A DNA stretch of 63,995 bases, the filler included, from an uncultured Methanosarcinales archaeon (GTDB lineage: Archaea; Nanobdellota; Nanobdellia; Woesearchaeales; CAYZNE01): assembly GCA_964405295.1 (NCBI GenBank). It is 12 parts of 12 records of this genome, joined end to end, with 100 filler letters (N's around TTAATTAATTAA, not from the genome) between each part and the next. Parts side by side here need not be neighbours in the genome. Positions count along the whole stretch, not along the records: positions 45,010 to 50,146 come from CAYONI010000039.1; positions 50,247 to 55,339 come from CAYONI010000040.1; positions 55,440 to 60,504 come from CAYONI010000041.1; 9 more parts are not named here. One strand, given 5' to 3'. Of this stretch, positions 49,003 through 59,391 are shown in pieces; the first letter of the stretch is position 1; each line of letters begins with the position of its first letter. The notes beneath the pieces are model-generated. The model saw nothing but the letters and a program-made list of their open reading frames with translations. It did no database searches and had not been told where the DNA came from. Position numbers and translations under genes: made by a program.

Positions 49003-49877
49003 TATATCAGTCCTTTTTGTTTACAATTTCTTTCCCACAATGTTGGTCTTTGGTTCCAGGCCTTTGTTTTTATTTTAACATATCCATTATGGTTCATCAT
49101 TTTATTGAAATATATCGTGGCCCCTTTCTGGTCTATAATAATATTTTTAAATTTATATTTTGTAAAATGACCAACTGCTCTTGTATCAAATGAATTTGCG
49201 ATCAGCATATATTTTGGGGAAAGCGTATCTATTAATCTTTGTAAGTGATCCCCAATTTCATATATATGCTCAAAATATTCAGATGCAAATATAAAATCTA
49301 CATTATTTTTTATTTTAAATGGATCACTTTTTAATTTGAAGTTATATTGTTTAGCCATCTTTTTACAGAAAATCCATTGTTCTGTATCTTTAATATTTGT
49401 GCCTATTACTATTTTATTTTTAAATATTTCGGATAGTGCAGCAGTTGTATACCCAATCCCACAACCAAGGTCCAGTATAGTATCAGTTTGTTTGCTTATA
49501 TAATTAAATATAGAGCACTTCGGCATTGAAGTTTCTGAAACTAAAGTTCGTAAATATTTCCTGCTATAAATAATCCAGCAAGCCCATAATTCTGCAAAAT
49601 AATATTGATCGTTATATACAGTATAGTCTGGTGAACTTTTTTCTAAACTAGCATACCATTGTTTTTGTAAATCTTCCTGATTCTTATATTTATAATTATC
49701 ATTTTTTGAAAATTTAAGCATGTGTGCGATATGTGCAGATGCTTCATTTTTATTTATTTTGAAAAGAGAAGAATGCATATTAATAAAATCTATAAGAATA
49801 TCTTTTGGTTTTTTAAATAATAACATTTGTATAATACCTATAATAGTGCGTAAGAACTGTTTAAAATCCCTACGCAC
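49002..49877 (-). CDS. class I SAM-dependent methyltransferase
   Basis: ILDLGCGIGYT, FASEYFEHI. Confidence 0.78.
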   Translation of the reverse strand: MRRDFKQFLRTIIGIIQMLLFKKPKDILIDFINMHSSLFKINKNEASAHIAHMLKFSKNDNYKYKNQEDLQKQWYASLEKSSPDYTVYNDQYYFAELWACWIIYSRKYLRTLVSETSMPKCSIFNYISKQTDTILDLGCGIGYTTAALSEIFKNKIVIGTNIKDTEQWIFCKKMAKQYNFKLKSDPFKIKNNVDFIFASEYFEHIYEIGDHLQRLIDTLSPKYMLIANSFDTRAVGHFTKYKFKNIIIDQKGATIYFNKMMNHNGYVKIKTKAWNQRPTLWERNCKQKGLI

Positions 49878-50907
49878 TATTTGTTATAAACATTACAGGA
49901 TGTTTAAAGTGATCCCATCCGTTGTAGCCAACCCTACCTGTACGCAAAAGTGGACAAAGGATTCCACCATTCGGCGTGTGCTGTCAAGAGTTGTATCACG
50001 TCCGCTTACTTTTTTATGTGCTGTATTGATCATTTCAACCAGCTTTACAATCTTGATGCTTTCACCTGCATTTTCTTTGATGATATCACCGGCACAGCCA
50101 TAATGCGTTTTGGAAAAATCTTTTGGTCCGCTTTCTTTCTTCTTCCNNNNNNNNNNNNNNNNNNNNNNNNNNNNNNNNNNNNNNNNNNNNTTAATTAATT
50201 AANNNNNNNNNNNNNNNNNNNNNNNNNNNNNNNNNNNNNNNNNNNNCGCTAACAATATCGGTCAAAACGTTATGTTATCTAGATAAGATGGACTTTGGTC
50301 CGTCTTTTTTTTGCATTTTATGCATCGAATATGCATCAAAAAAGTATCAAAAGTAACAGTTCTTGCAAGTTGACCCTTAACTTACAGGGGTTTACATCAA
50401 AACTCTGGTGCCGACGTCTTAGATAATGGAAGTATTGAAATGCTAATTTTCATGTTAAATTAGTCTTACCGGCCCTAGAACTTCAAGGATACTACACAAA
50501 TACATAATGTTTTTAACAATAAAACATCAAAATGGTCAAACCCTAGAACTTAATATATTGGATGTAAAATTCTTCACTTTTTTGCTACCATCAGTTTCTA
50601 GGCTTTCTCATTCGAAAATTGAAGGTAGTTATGGGAGTTGAGGGAATGAGAATCCACGAATCACTAACTTTATTTTTATTTGGCATTATGAACTATAAGC
50701 TATATCACAAATATTTGAATAAATGTTATAAACCTCATAACAGAGGGAATATTAGCGTATTTTTCTTTTGTTTTACGTATCATTTTTAATTGCAACTTTT
50801 CTTAATTCTAGATGAAAGAATTGCTTAAAAAAGATAAATTAATGTTCATCCTTATAATTAATTGTATTATTGATCCAGTAGGATATTTTAAGGTTGAGTA
50901 TTTCTAA

Positions 50908-50956
50908 TTGACAAAATAGACATGGTCCAGTATACTATGATAGTGAGCACTAACAT
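50908..50956 (+). promoter_or_regulatory. sigma70 promoter with overlapping palindromic (TetR-type) operator
   Basis: TTGACA(50908)-17 nt-TATACT(50931); dyad ATGATAGTG-AG-CACTAACAT at 50937-50956. Confidence 0.75.
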
Positions 50957-50969
50957 ACAAGGAGGAAAT

Positions 50970-52376
50970 ATGAAGAAAATATTAAACAAAATAATATACA
51001 AATGGCCATTTAAGGTGCTATTTGTAATAGTAGTTGTTATTGCTGTTACTGCTACGGGGATATTAAATGTAGAATTAAGTACAGGCAATGAAACATTGAT
51101 TGAACCTACAAGTGATACCTATCTTGATAATAGTAAGTATCAATCAGTTTTTGGGACTGATCCTATTATCATTGTTTTAGAGGGGGATGATCAAAACGAT
51201 TTATTATCCCATGAATCATTATCAATAATAAATACATTAAATACAAACCTAAAAGATTTAGCTGGTGTGTTTTATGTTAATAGTCCAATTACAGTTGTAG
51301 AGTATGCCGGGCAGAGGAGTGTTCAAATGTATCAAACAGCGCTTGATGAAATCGCTGTTGGATTAGGTTTGATAGCTTCAAACATTGCTCAAATGAGCGA
51401 ATCTCAAGCAGGGGTTGATCCAGAAGTACTAACCACCGCTTTAAACAATATTATAACTGCACAAAATAATGTAACTTTAGGATTAGAAAATGAAGTAGCT
51501 ACAATGAGTTTAATGCAAATGAATGTGGATAATGAAATTGTTCTATTAACTTCCCAAAGAGATATTCTAGATCCTATAGCTCAAGAAACAGAGTATTTAA
51601 GTTTAACGCGGACGATTACTGTATTAAGTAGTGTTAGTAATGTATATACTCAGATGATATCTTTAAATACTACCTTTGGTGATGCTACTGGTCAATCAGC
51701 ATTAGGCATTCAAAATATTCTAACTCAGTTAACCACAATGTTTACTACAATGAGTGATTTAGAAACAAATTTATTGAGTTTGCAGTCTAACCTTTCATCA
51801 ATGGCAACTAACATTTCTATGTTAGCAGCGAACTTCAACGGATTCACATCAACTTTTCCAACCGAAGCTTCTACATTATTAAATATGATTTATCCCGATG
51901 GGGTTAGTCTTAATCCAATGCTTGAATCATATTTTGTAGATGATACGCATCTATTCATTAGTATTATATTAGAAGAAGGAACAACTGAATCTGAAGTAGA
52001 AAATATCCTAAATGAGATTACGTTATCTTTCGAAGAAACTGTTTATGAAGATAGTTTAGTTTCGGGGAAACCAGTATTAAATTATGATATTAAGTCTTCA
52101 ATGATGGATAGTATGAAAACCATGATGATGATGTCAGGAATAATAATGGTTATTATACTATTAGTATTATTTCCAGTTCCATTTAGACTATTACCTTTAT
52201 TAGTAGTATTGATAGCCGTAATTACAACAGTAGGTGTAATGGGTCTTGTTGGTATACCACTTACTATGGTTTCCATGGCGGTGTTCCCAGTTCTTATTGG
52301 ATTAGGTATCGATTATAGTATACAATTTCATAATCGATACATGGAAGAAGTTTTAGGAGGCGAAAATAATGAATAA
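50970..52376 (+). CDS. MMPL/RND (HAE3-like) transporter, N-terminal half with coiled-coil insert
   Basis: GGAGG RBS; SGKPV, IGLGIDYSIQFHNRY. Confidence 0.85.
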   Translation: MKKILNKIIYKWPFKVLFVIVVVIAVTATGILNVELSTGNETLIEPTSDTYLDNSKYQSVFGTDPIIIVLEGDDQNDLLSHESLSIINTLNTNLKDLAGVFYVNSPITVVEYAGQRSVQMYQTALDEIAVGLGLIASNIAQMSESQAGVDPEVLTTALNNIITAQNNVTLGLENEVATMSLMQMNVDNEIVLLTSQRDILDPIAQETEYLSLTRTITVLSSVSNVYTQMISLNTTFGDATGQSALGIQNILTQLTTMFTTMSDLETNLLSLQSNLSSMATNISMLAANFNGFTSTFPTEASTLLNMIYPDGVSLNPMLESYFVDDTHLFISIILEEGTTESEVENILNEITLSFEETVYEDSLVSGKPVLNYDIKSSMMDSMKTMMMMSGIIMVIILLVLFPVPFRLLPLLVVLIAVITTVGVMGLVGIPLTMVSMAVFPVLIGLGIDYSIQFHNRYMEEVLGGENNE

Positions 52377-53718
52377 ACCATTAAAAACTACAATATATAA
52401 ACTAGCTCCTGCAGTGTTAATTTCTTTAATTGCGACTGCATTAGGATTGTTAAGCTTATTTAAATCCAAAGTGCCTATGATTCAAGACTTCGGATTGATG
52501 TTAACAATTGGGATTGCCATAGCATTTCTTCTAGCTCTATTCATTTTATTGCCGGTATTAGCTATTCGCACTAAACTAAATGAAAAAGACAAAAAAATTG
52601 TAAACAAAAAGACATCTAAGTATGTTGTAGTCATGAAACGTATAACTAAGGGTGTTTTGAAGTTTAAGTATATAATTATAGTTATCGCTCTTTTACTAGC
52701 CGGATTAGGATTTTTCTTTGATCAAAAAGTAGGAGTAGAAACAGATATGGAAACATTTATGCCTCAAGATAGTGAAGCCCTATCTGATATAAATGAACTA
52801 AGAGATTTAATTGGTTCTACGGATAGAATTGTATTAATGTATGAAGCTGATGATATCGAAGCGTATTCTGTTTTAGTTGAAGTAAAAGCTGTAACCGAAA
52901 TGATTAAAAACGATTATAATGACAATGTTATGATGGTTGGGTCTGTTTCAAGTATTTTAGATATGGCATCTACCAATAGTTGGAATGAGGTTAATTATGG
53001 AGTCTATCTAGATCAATTACCAAGTGAACAATTAGCATTAGTTCAATCAGCCGAAGAAAACATTGGTATTGTTAATATCTCCTTAGCGGATATGGATGAT
53101 GAATCATTTGAATTATTTATAACGGAATTAAACGGTTCCTTGACTGACTTGGATTTAAGTTTCGATGTAACGATTACAGGTCAAAGTGTCGTTGACCAAG
53201 AAATGCTTAACTCTATGACCTCGGACAGATTGATAATAACACTTATTAGTATTATGCTGGTATTTTTTGTTTTACTAGTTATTTACAGAAATATATTCAA
53301 ATCTATAATAGCAATTCTCCCAATTATTCTAATAGTTGGATGGAGTGGGGGAATTATGTATGCTTTAGGATTTAGTTATACACCTTTAACTTCTACAATA
53401 GGCGCATTAATCGTTGGAATTGGGACAGAATTCACCATATTAATATTGATGCGTTATTATGAATTGAAGAAACAATCAAAAAATGAAGAAGAAGCTATTA
53501 TTAATGCAGTTGGATTAATGAGTAAACCAATTATTGTATCTGCAATCACAACTATTGGTGGATTTAGTGCTTTAGTATTTTCTGACTTTCAAATTTTATC
53601 CAACTTTGGTATAATGACATTGATTAATATTTCATTAGCACTATTTAGTTCTATTTTCGTTTTACCAGCGTTACTAGGTGCTTTTGGGAAAAAAACTAAG
53701 GCTATCGCAAGTTCTTAA
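52369..53718 (+). CDS. MMPL/RND transporter, C-terminal half
   Basis: VPMIQDFG, VGIGTEFTIL, TTIGGFSAL; own GGAGG RBS. Confidence 0.85.
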   Translation: MNKPLKTTIYKLAPAVLISLIATALGLLSLFKSKVPMIQDFGLMLTIGIAIAFLLALFILLPVLAIRTKLNEKDKKIVNKKTSKYVVVMKRITKGVLKFKYIIIVIALLLAGLGFFFDQKVGVETDMETFMPQDSEALSDINELRDLIGSTDRIVLMYEADDIEAYSVLVEVKAVTEMIKNDYNDNVMMVGSVSSILDMASTNSWNEVNYGVYLDQLPSEQLALVQSAEENIGIVNISLADMDDESFELFITELNGSLTDLDLSFDVTITGQSVVDQEMLNSMTSDRLIITLISIMLVFFVLLVIYRNIFKSIIAILPIILIVGWSGGIMYALGFSYTPLTSTIGALIVGIGTEFTILILMRYYELKKQSKNEEEAIINAVGLMSKPIIVSAITTIGGFSALVFSDFQILSNFGIMTLINISLALFSSIFVLPALLGAFGKKTKAIASS

Positions 53719-53732
53719 AAAGAGGTATATAA

Positions 53733-54281
53733 ATGGACACATCACAGAAGATTATAGAAGCTAGTATAAAAGTTTTTACTGAACATGGATATTTAGGATC
53801 GACGACGAAAGAAATTGCACTAACCGCTAGCGTTTCTGAAATGACACTTTTTCGTAAATTTCAATCAAAACAAAACTTATTTAATGTTATGATTAAATCT
53901 ACGCTTGGTCGTGAACTTTCGGATGTTACTGAGTTTAATCTCGGATCATCTCTAGAGGATCTAATCGAAAAACTGCTCCATAGCAGATTAATGATAATAT
54001 CTTCCAATATTAGTCTAGTTAGAATGATGATACAGGAGTCTATTCAAGGGCGCGTGCCTTTTGAATTAGATTACATATCTCAGATAGCTAGAAATTTAAA
54101 AGAAACGCTACAGAAATATCAGGAGCTTCATCAAAGAAGTTCTAGATTGTCATTAGACGCTATAATTTCAGGTATTCTATTACAATATGCAATTATGACA
54201 CCGGACATTCAGTATCATTTGAAGTCTGAAAAAGAACAAAAAACATATGTGGACAGTCTAATATCTCAGATTAAACTGTGA
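53733..54281 (+). CDS. TetR/AcrR family regulator
   Basis: GSTTKEIALTASVSEMTLFRKFQSK HTH. Confidence 0.9.
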   Translation: MDTSQKIIEASIKVFTEHGYLGSTTKEIALTASVSEMTLFRKFQSKQNLFNVMIKSTLGRELSDVTEFNLGSSLEDLIEKLLHSRLMIISSNISLVRMMIQESIQGRVPFELDYISQIARNLKETLQKYQELHQRSSRLSLDAIISGILLQYAIMTPDIQYHLKSEKEQKTYVDSLISQIKL

Positions 54282-54529
54282 TTTTAAATATTGAATATAG
54301 TAATTTTTCAAAAACTGAAAGTCATATTAGAATTTAATCTAATATGGCTTTTTTGGATTGATTTGTTATTTGAACAATGGGCAATCAAAAAATCATATGC
54401 ATACAATAACAAATTGCAACTATTGATATACATAGTAAACAGTAATTGAATAATAAAAGAAGGGTTACCTTGATTGGTAATCCTTTGAATTTTATCATGA
54501 GTAGTAAAATGAAAAGTTGATTTGAAACA

Positions 54530-54558
54530 TTGACTTTGCTTATCTATAATTGTATAAT
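54530..54558 (+). promoter_or_regulatory. sigma70 promoter
   Basis: TTGACT-17 nt-TATAAT. Confidence 0.7.
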
Positions 54559-54692
54559 TTAGTAGCGCAAAACACATTAAATGTTGCTTTTATTACAAGA
54601 GAACGTACCGAACATTACTCGCTTATTAGCGAGTTAGCTTCACGATACACTTTCGGCACCATTTTAAGAAAATATTGCATGCATTGCATATG

Positions 54693-54727
54693 AATGGCGC
54701 ACAACCAAAGTGCGCCATTATTTTTTT
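54693..54727 (+). terminator. intrinsic terminator just upstream of the MATE gene
   Basis: AATGGCGCAC/GTGCGCCATT 10-bp stem followed by A and T7. Confidence 0.75.
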
Positions 54728-54744
54728 GAAAGCTAGGTATATAA

Positions 54745-55339
54745 ATGAATACAGTCACAGAAAGAAAGTCAAAATTAATATTAAAGGACAAACCCATATG
54801 GAAGGGAATTGTCTCTTTAGCTTTACCTGTCTTTTTAGCTAATATATTTAAAACATTACATGATTTGGTAGATGCTTACTTTTTAGGGCAATTAGGAGAT
54901 TCAACCGCGGCTAGTGAAATGCAAGGTGCAATTGGATTAACGTGGCCTATATTTTTTGTTTTCTTATCATTTGGTATGGGTATTAGTATTGCGGGTAATG
55001 CATTAATAGGTCAATATATCGGTAAGAAAGACTATGTGAATGCCAAGAAATACGCAACAAATGTTGTTTACATATCAATAATCTTAGGTGTTGTATTTAC
55101 TTTGCTATCTTATTTCTTAGCACCTTCTATTCTAGGATGGATGGGAGTTGAAGGAAACAAATTAGAATATGCTACAACATATTTGAGAGTAAGATCATTT
55201 GAATTAATTATACTTTTCTTAACATTTGCTTTCCAAGCTATAAGAAGAGCTACTGGAGATACAACAACTCCTGTATTGGTAAGCTCATTTGCAATTCTAA
55301 TGAATATCATATTGACACCAATATTTGTATTGTATCTCG
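54745..55339 (+). CDS. MATE family efflux transporter (3' truncated)
   Basis: LALPVFLANIFKTLHDLVDAYFLGQL, GDTTTP, NIILTPIF. Confidence 0.88.
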
Positions 55340-55641
55340 NNNNNNNNNNNNNNNNNNNNNNNNNNNNNNNNNNNNNNNNNNNNTTAATTAATTAANNNNN
55401 NNNNNNNNNNNNNNNNNNNNNNNNNNNNNNNNNNNNNNNTAATCTTTTGCAGACCACTTTATTGGCGTAATTCAAGGGTTACATACCAGTTTTGTTAGTT
55501 TTTTCTGCGGTTAGTACTACTACCATATTATTATATGCTTACTTAATCTTTATCGACGGGTAGACCCAGAGTAGAGCCTGCTGTTGCAGAATTTGGGGGT
55601 TTAAGGGCAAAATCGAGCCTGATTTTGTGCAGGTATAAGTA

Positions 55642-58600
55642 TTACTTTTTATTCTTTTTTTGGCTCTTATTTTTTAGTTTAGCGACGAGTATTGGAATGT
55701 CCTTTCTTAATAGTACAGTTGCTGTTGGAATGTTATTTATGTATCTTTGTTTGTAGTCTGAATCGGTTAAGACTATGAATAAATTGTTACCATATTTCTT
55801 TTTTAGTTCTGCAAACTTAGTTTGAAAGTTTTTATAATTCTTTTTCCATTGTGATCCTGTTTCTACTTCTATGGCTATTGGTTTGAGATTTTTGTATTGG
55901 ATTATTATGTCTGCTTCTTTGGTTTTGCTTGATTCTACTTTTGCACCTGTTTTAAGGAATTCTTTTTTTATTTGATCTGTTAAAAATATGTGGGCTGTGC
56001 CTTCTGCTTCACTTGTTTTGATCCAGAATTCTTCTTGCTTTGTTTTCCCTATTGGAACAAATGTTTCTTGAACAAATCCATGATTACCTAAATAGTTTTT
56101 ATGATGATCTCCTATTTCATTTCCATGAATAACATCTCTGTCTATATCTATTTCTATGTTTATATCTTCTTTCTCTTCTGGTTGGCTTGTTTCTTTTTTG
56201 TTTGGCTTGTGTGCAACTTTTTCGTTAGGATTAGTAGTTATTATGTTGTGTTCTTTTGGGCTTGCTACAACGCTTAATTCTTGATGATCATTATCCATAA
56301 TAAGAATGCCTTTGCCTTGAACAGCAGTTAACAGATAATCTCTTTCCATCTTAGATAAATTAAAGGTTTTTACAACTTGATCTATAACGGAAGGCTTCTG
56401 TCTTAAAAGTAAAGAATAGGAACTATTTGCTAGGACTGCGTGACCTGCATGACTATTCAATAAATCAGCAACATCTTGAGTAATCATCAATAATCCAAGA
56501 TTAAATTTTCTACAAGTCTTAACAATCTCAAAAATGTAACTTGCCTCTTCAGTTTTCCCTAAAAGACTCCAAGATTCATCAATAATTAACAACTTTTTTT
56601 GTTTACTTTGTTTCATCCTCATATAAATAAAATCAAGAATCAGAAACATAATTGTTGGCTTAACTTGTTTAGGCATATCACCAATATTAAAACAAACAAA
56701 ATTATTATCAAAATTTATACTTGTTTGCTTATTCAAGAAACCGAACACTCCATCTGTATACATATAAAGTCTGTTTAATAATGCCCTGTAAGTTATTTTT
56801 TCCATACTACTCGCTTTGTTGCTCATAGTGTTCAAAGTCTTGTAAAGATCGCTAAGAATTGGTGGCTTTTTATCTTTATTACTTTTCGGCTTTTCCTTTT
56901 TTGAACCCTTTTTAGACTTCTTTTTCTTTTTCTTATTTTTTATGTTATTGCTAATCCCTTTTTTAGCATAAGTTTCTGTTATTGCTCTATCAAGAATACT
57001 CTTTTGAATTTCTGTTAGATCTCCAAACATTATCTTAAACAAATCCATTAATGTTAATCTTTTTTCAATATAGTCATGACCCATCAAATCCAAAGGATTG
57101 ATTATTGTTTTTGAAGTTCTACTAATAGTTACAAGTTGTCCTTTAACTTGCCTTGTTAGATCAATATACTCCCCCTGAGGATCAATAATCAAAACTTGAG
57201 TATTATTCAATAATTGCCTGCTTATTAATAATTTTGTAAAATAAGATTTTCCACTACCACTAGTAGCCAAGACTATACCATTAGCATTGCTCAAACCAAA
57301 AATATCCTTAATAAAAGGCACACCATTCTTATTCAAACCAAGCATTACTCCATGCTTTTCAACATTCAAAAAAGGGCTAGTAAAAGGAAAGAAAGCGCTC
57401 AAAGCTCCTGTCGTAACATTTCTTTGAACCTTTAACTTATCTTTACTTATAGGAATCATACTCTGATAACCCTGAGTCTGCCTAAAACTTGGAATATTAG
57501 GAATCATCATTAAACTATTAAGTTCAGTCTCAACCTTTTTAGTTAACAAATCAAGATTCTCCTTAGTTTTAGCCTTACAATTAATGTAAAGAGAAACATT
57601 AAACAATTTTTGATTACCTTTCTGCAAATTCTCAAGAACCTTCAAAGTATCTTTAAGTTTAATATCTAGCGTAGGATTAATACTATTCTTTCTTTGTTCA
57701 GTATAAAGATCAGCTCTCTGTTTTTGAATCTCTTTATTCAAGTTTATCATCATTGTTTCTATTTTGAAAGGTTCAACATGAATACTAATATCAAAATCAT
57801 CATTGCTACTAATAATCTTATCAAGAAAACCTGACTCAACCATTCTAGGATAACCAACAACACTAATTATTCTGCAGAACTTGTTGTTCACTTTGAAATA
57901 ATCAACATGATCATCAATCCTATCAGGAGCAACCAAGTAATTAACATGATTCTTAGACTTCTTCTTTTCTTTATCAGATTTCTTAATCTTTCTTTTAATA
58001 CTGTTATTAAAAAAACTCTTATAACAAGCTAATAATTTCTTATCATTCAACCTATCTGTAAATAAACCCATACTCTCCAATTTTTCTTCACAAACACTGC
58101 ATTGAATATCCAAATCACTAACTTTAGGAATAACCAAATAAAAAGACCTATTATGCATATTATTTGCAGAAATGAGATTGTTGATGAATTTTTTAAAATC
58201 CTTAAACAAATCCTTATTATTAACCCTTTTACCTAAATATCTCAAATAAGAATTCAAATTCAAATCCTCAGTAGAAATAACAAACTGCACAGGAAAACTT
58301 AAACCATTCAAGAATTTCTGAAAACCAATAATTATAGACTCCTTCTCTTTGCTTGTTTTAATACTAAAATTAATCGGTTCTACTTTGAGGATTGCAACTT
58401 GGTTTTTATCAACAGAAACCTTACTATCCTCTATCCTCTTAATCCCAAGAAACAAAGACATCTTCAAATCATCAAAAACAGCAGACCTGAATTTCAAAAA
58501 ATGAATAATGTTATTCAAAATATTACTAAAATCAAACAAAACAAACAACAAACAAAACACCACTGGAACAATCGATAAAATAAAACTAGAAAGCAAAGAC

Positions 58601-58725
58601 AAACCAAGCCTAAAAATAATCAAAACAACAAAACCAAACAACAAACACCAACCCAACTGACCAAAAGTCAAACCAAAAATAATCTTTTCTTTATGCTGTA
58701 ACTTCTGAGGAATCTCATAACCCAT
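55642..58725 (-). CDS. virB4: VirB4-like conjugation ATPase with PrgI-like N-terminus and PD-(D/E)xK-like C-terminal domain
   Basis: EKIIFGLTFGQ plus TMs; ATSGSGKS, IIDPQGEY, LLIIDESW, RKFNLGLLMITQ; ADII..IAIEVETG. Confidence 0.8.
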   Translation of the reverse strand: MGYEIPQKLQHKEKIIFGLTFGQLGWCLLFGFVVLIIFRLGLSLLSSFILSIVPVVFCLLFVLFDFSNILNNIIHFLKFRSAVFDDLKMSLFLGIKRIEDSKVSVDKNQVAILKVEPINFSIKTSKEKESIIIGFQKFLNGLSFPVQFVISTEDLNLNSYLRYLGKRVNNKDLFKDFKKFINNLISANNMHNRSFYLVIPKVSDLDIQCSVCEEKLESMGLFTDRLNDKKLLACYKSFFNNSIKRKIKKSDKEKKKSKNHVNYLVAPDRIDDHVDYFKVNNKFCRIISVVGYPRMVESGFLDKIISSNDDFDISIHVEPFKIETMMINLNKEIQKQRADLYTEQRKNSINPTLDIKLKDTLKVLENLQKGNQKLFNVSLYINCKAKTKENLDLLTKKVETELNSLMMIPNIPSFRQTQGYQSMIPISKDKLKVQRNVTTGALSAFFPFTSPFLNVEKHGVMLGLNKNGVPFIKDIFGLSNANGIVLATSGSGKSYFTKLLISRQLLNNTQVLIIDPQGEYIDLTRQVKGQLVTISRTSKTIINPLDLMGHDYIEKRLTLMDLFKIMFGDLTEIQKSILDRAITETYAKKGISNNIKNKKKKKKSKKGSKKEKPKSNKDKKPPILSDLYKTLNTMSNKASSMEKITYRALLNRLYMYTDGVFGFLNKQTSINFDNNFVCFNIGDMPKQVKPTIMFLILDFIYMRMKQSKQKKLLIIDESWSLLGKTEEASYIFEIVKTCRKFNLGLLMITQDVADLLNSHAGHAVLANSSYSLLLRQKPSVIDQVVKTFNLSKMERDYLLTAVQGKGILIMDNDHQELSVVASPKEHNIITTNPNEKVAHKPNKKETSQPEEKEDINIEIDIDRDVIHGNEIGDHHKNYLGNHGFVQETFVPIGKTKQEEFWIKTSEAEGTAHIFLTDQIKKEFLKTGAKVESSKTKEADIIIQYKNLKPIAIEVETGSQWKKNYKNFQTKFAELKKKYGNNLFIVLTDSDYKQRYINNIPTATVLLRKDIPILVAKLKNKSQKKNKK

Positions 58726-58784
58726 ACTCTAATTAGGTTATTTATGATATATTAAGAGATGTCGGAGAAAAATGAAAAATTAAT

Positions 58785-59354
58785 TTATAATGATTTAATA
58801 ATCAAAGGACTATCTTTGCTTCTTAAAAAGCTTATTTCTCTTCTTATTTCTTGATTTACTAAAATATGTTTTGTCTTACCAAGATTGATTGGAGGATTAA
58901 ACAAATCAATTAATTCTTGCTCTATGCTATCTGGATCTTCAAATATTTTATAGAAAAATGTTAAATTATTTTTCATCCAGATAGATAATTTAGATTCATC
59001 TTCTTTAGAAAACTTTTTTTTATTATTAGTCACCTCTTTATCTCGAGGAATCAATTTATAATTGAATAGAACACCCAAGCTTTTTCTTAAAGTTGATCCT
59101 CCAGCATTACCATTAAAATGATTTCTGTAATCTCTACCCCTTATACCTTTTTTTGCAGTAGTTATCCCAACATATAAAACTCGCAAATTTTTATAAATTG
59201 AGAAATGTGCATCTTTCAATATACTAGGTAAAATTGAACCTTTATTCAAACACATAATGTAAAATCCCGAAGTTTCAGGCAAAATTTTAGGATTATCCCT
59301 AAGAGGATTAAAATAATCTAAATCTTCTATCATTTTAATTACCCCTTCAACCAT
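58785..59354 (-). CDS. GIY-YIG nuclease family protein
   Basis: SGFYI..LYVGI..R..NHF..STLRKSLG..EQELI..PPIN. Confidence 0.8.
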   Translation of the reverse strand: MVEGVIKMIEDLDYFNPLRDNPKILPETSGFYIMCLNKGSILPSILKDAHFSIYKNLRVLYVGITTAKKGIRGRDYRNHFNGNAGGSTLRKSLGVLFNYKLIPRDKEVTNNKKKFSKEDESKLSIWMKNNLTFFYKIFEDPDSIEQELIDLFNPPINLGKTKHILVNQEIRREISFLRSKDSPLIIKSL

Positions 59355-59391
59355 ATCATTTAAAATAAACTAATTATTTAAAAATTTATAC

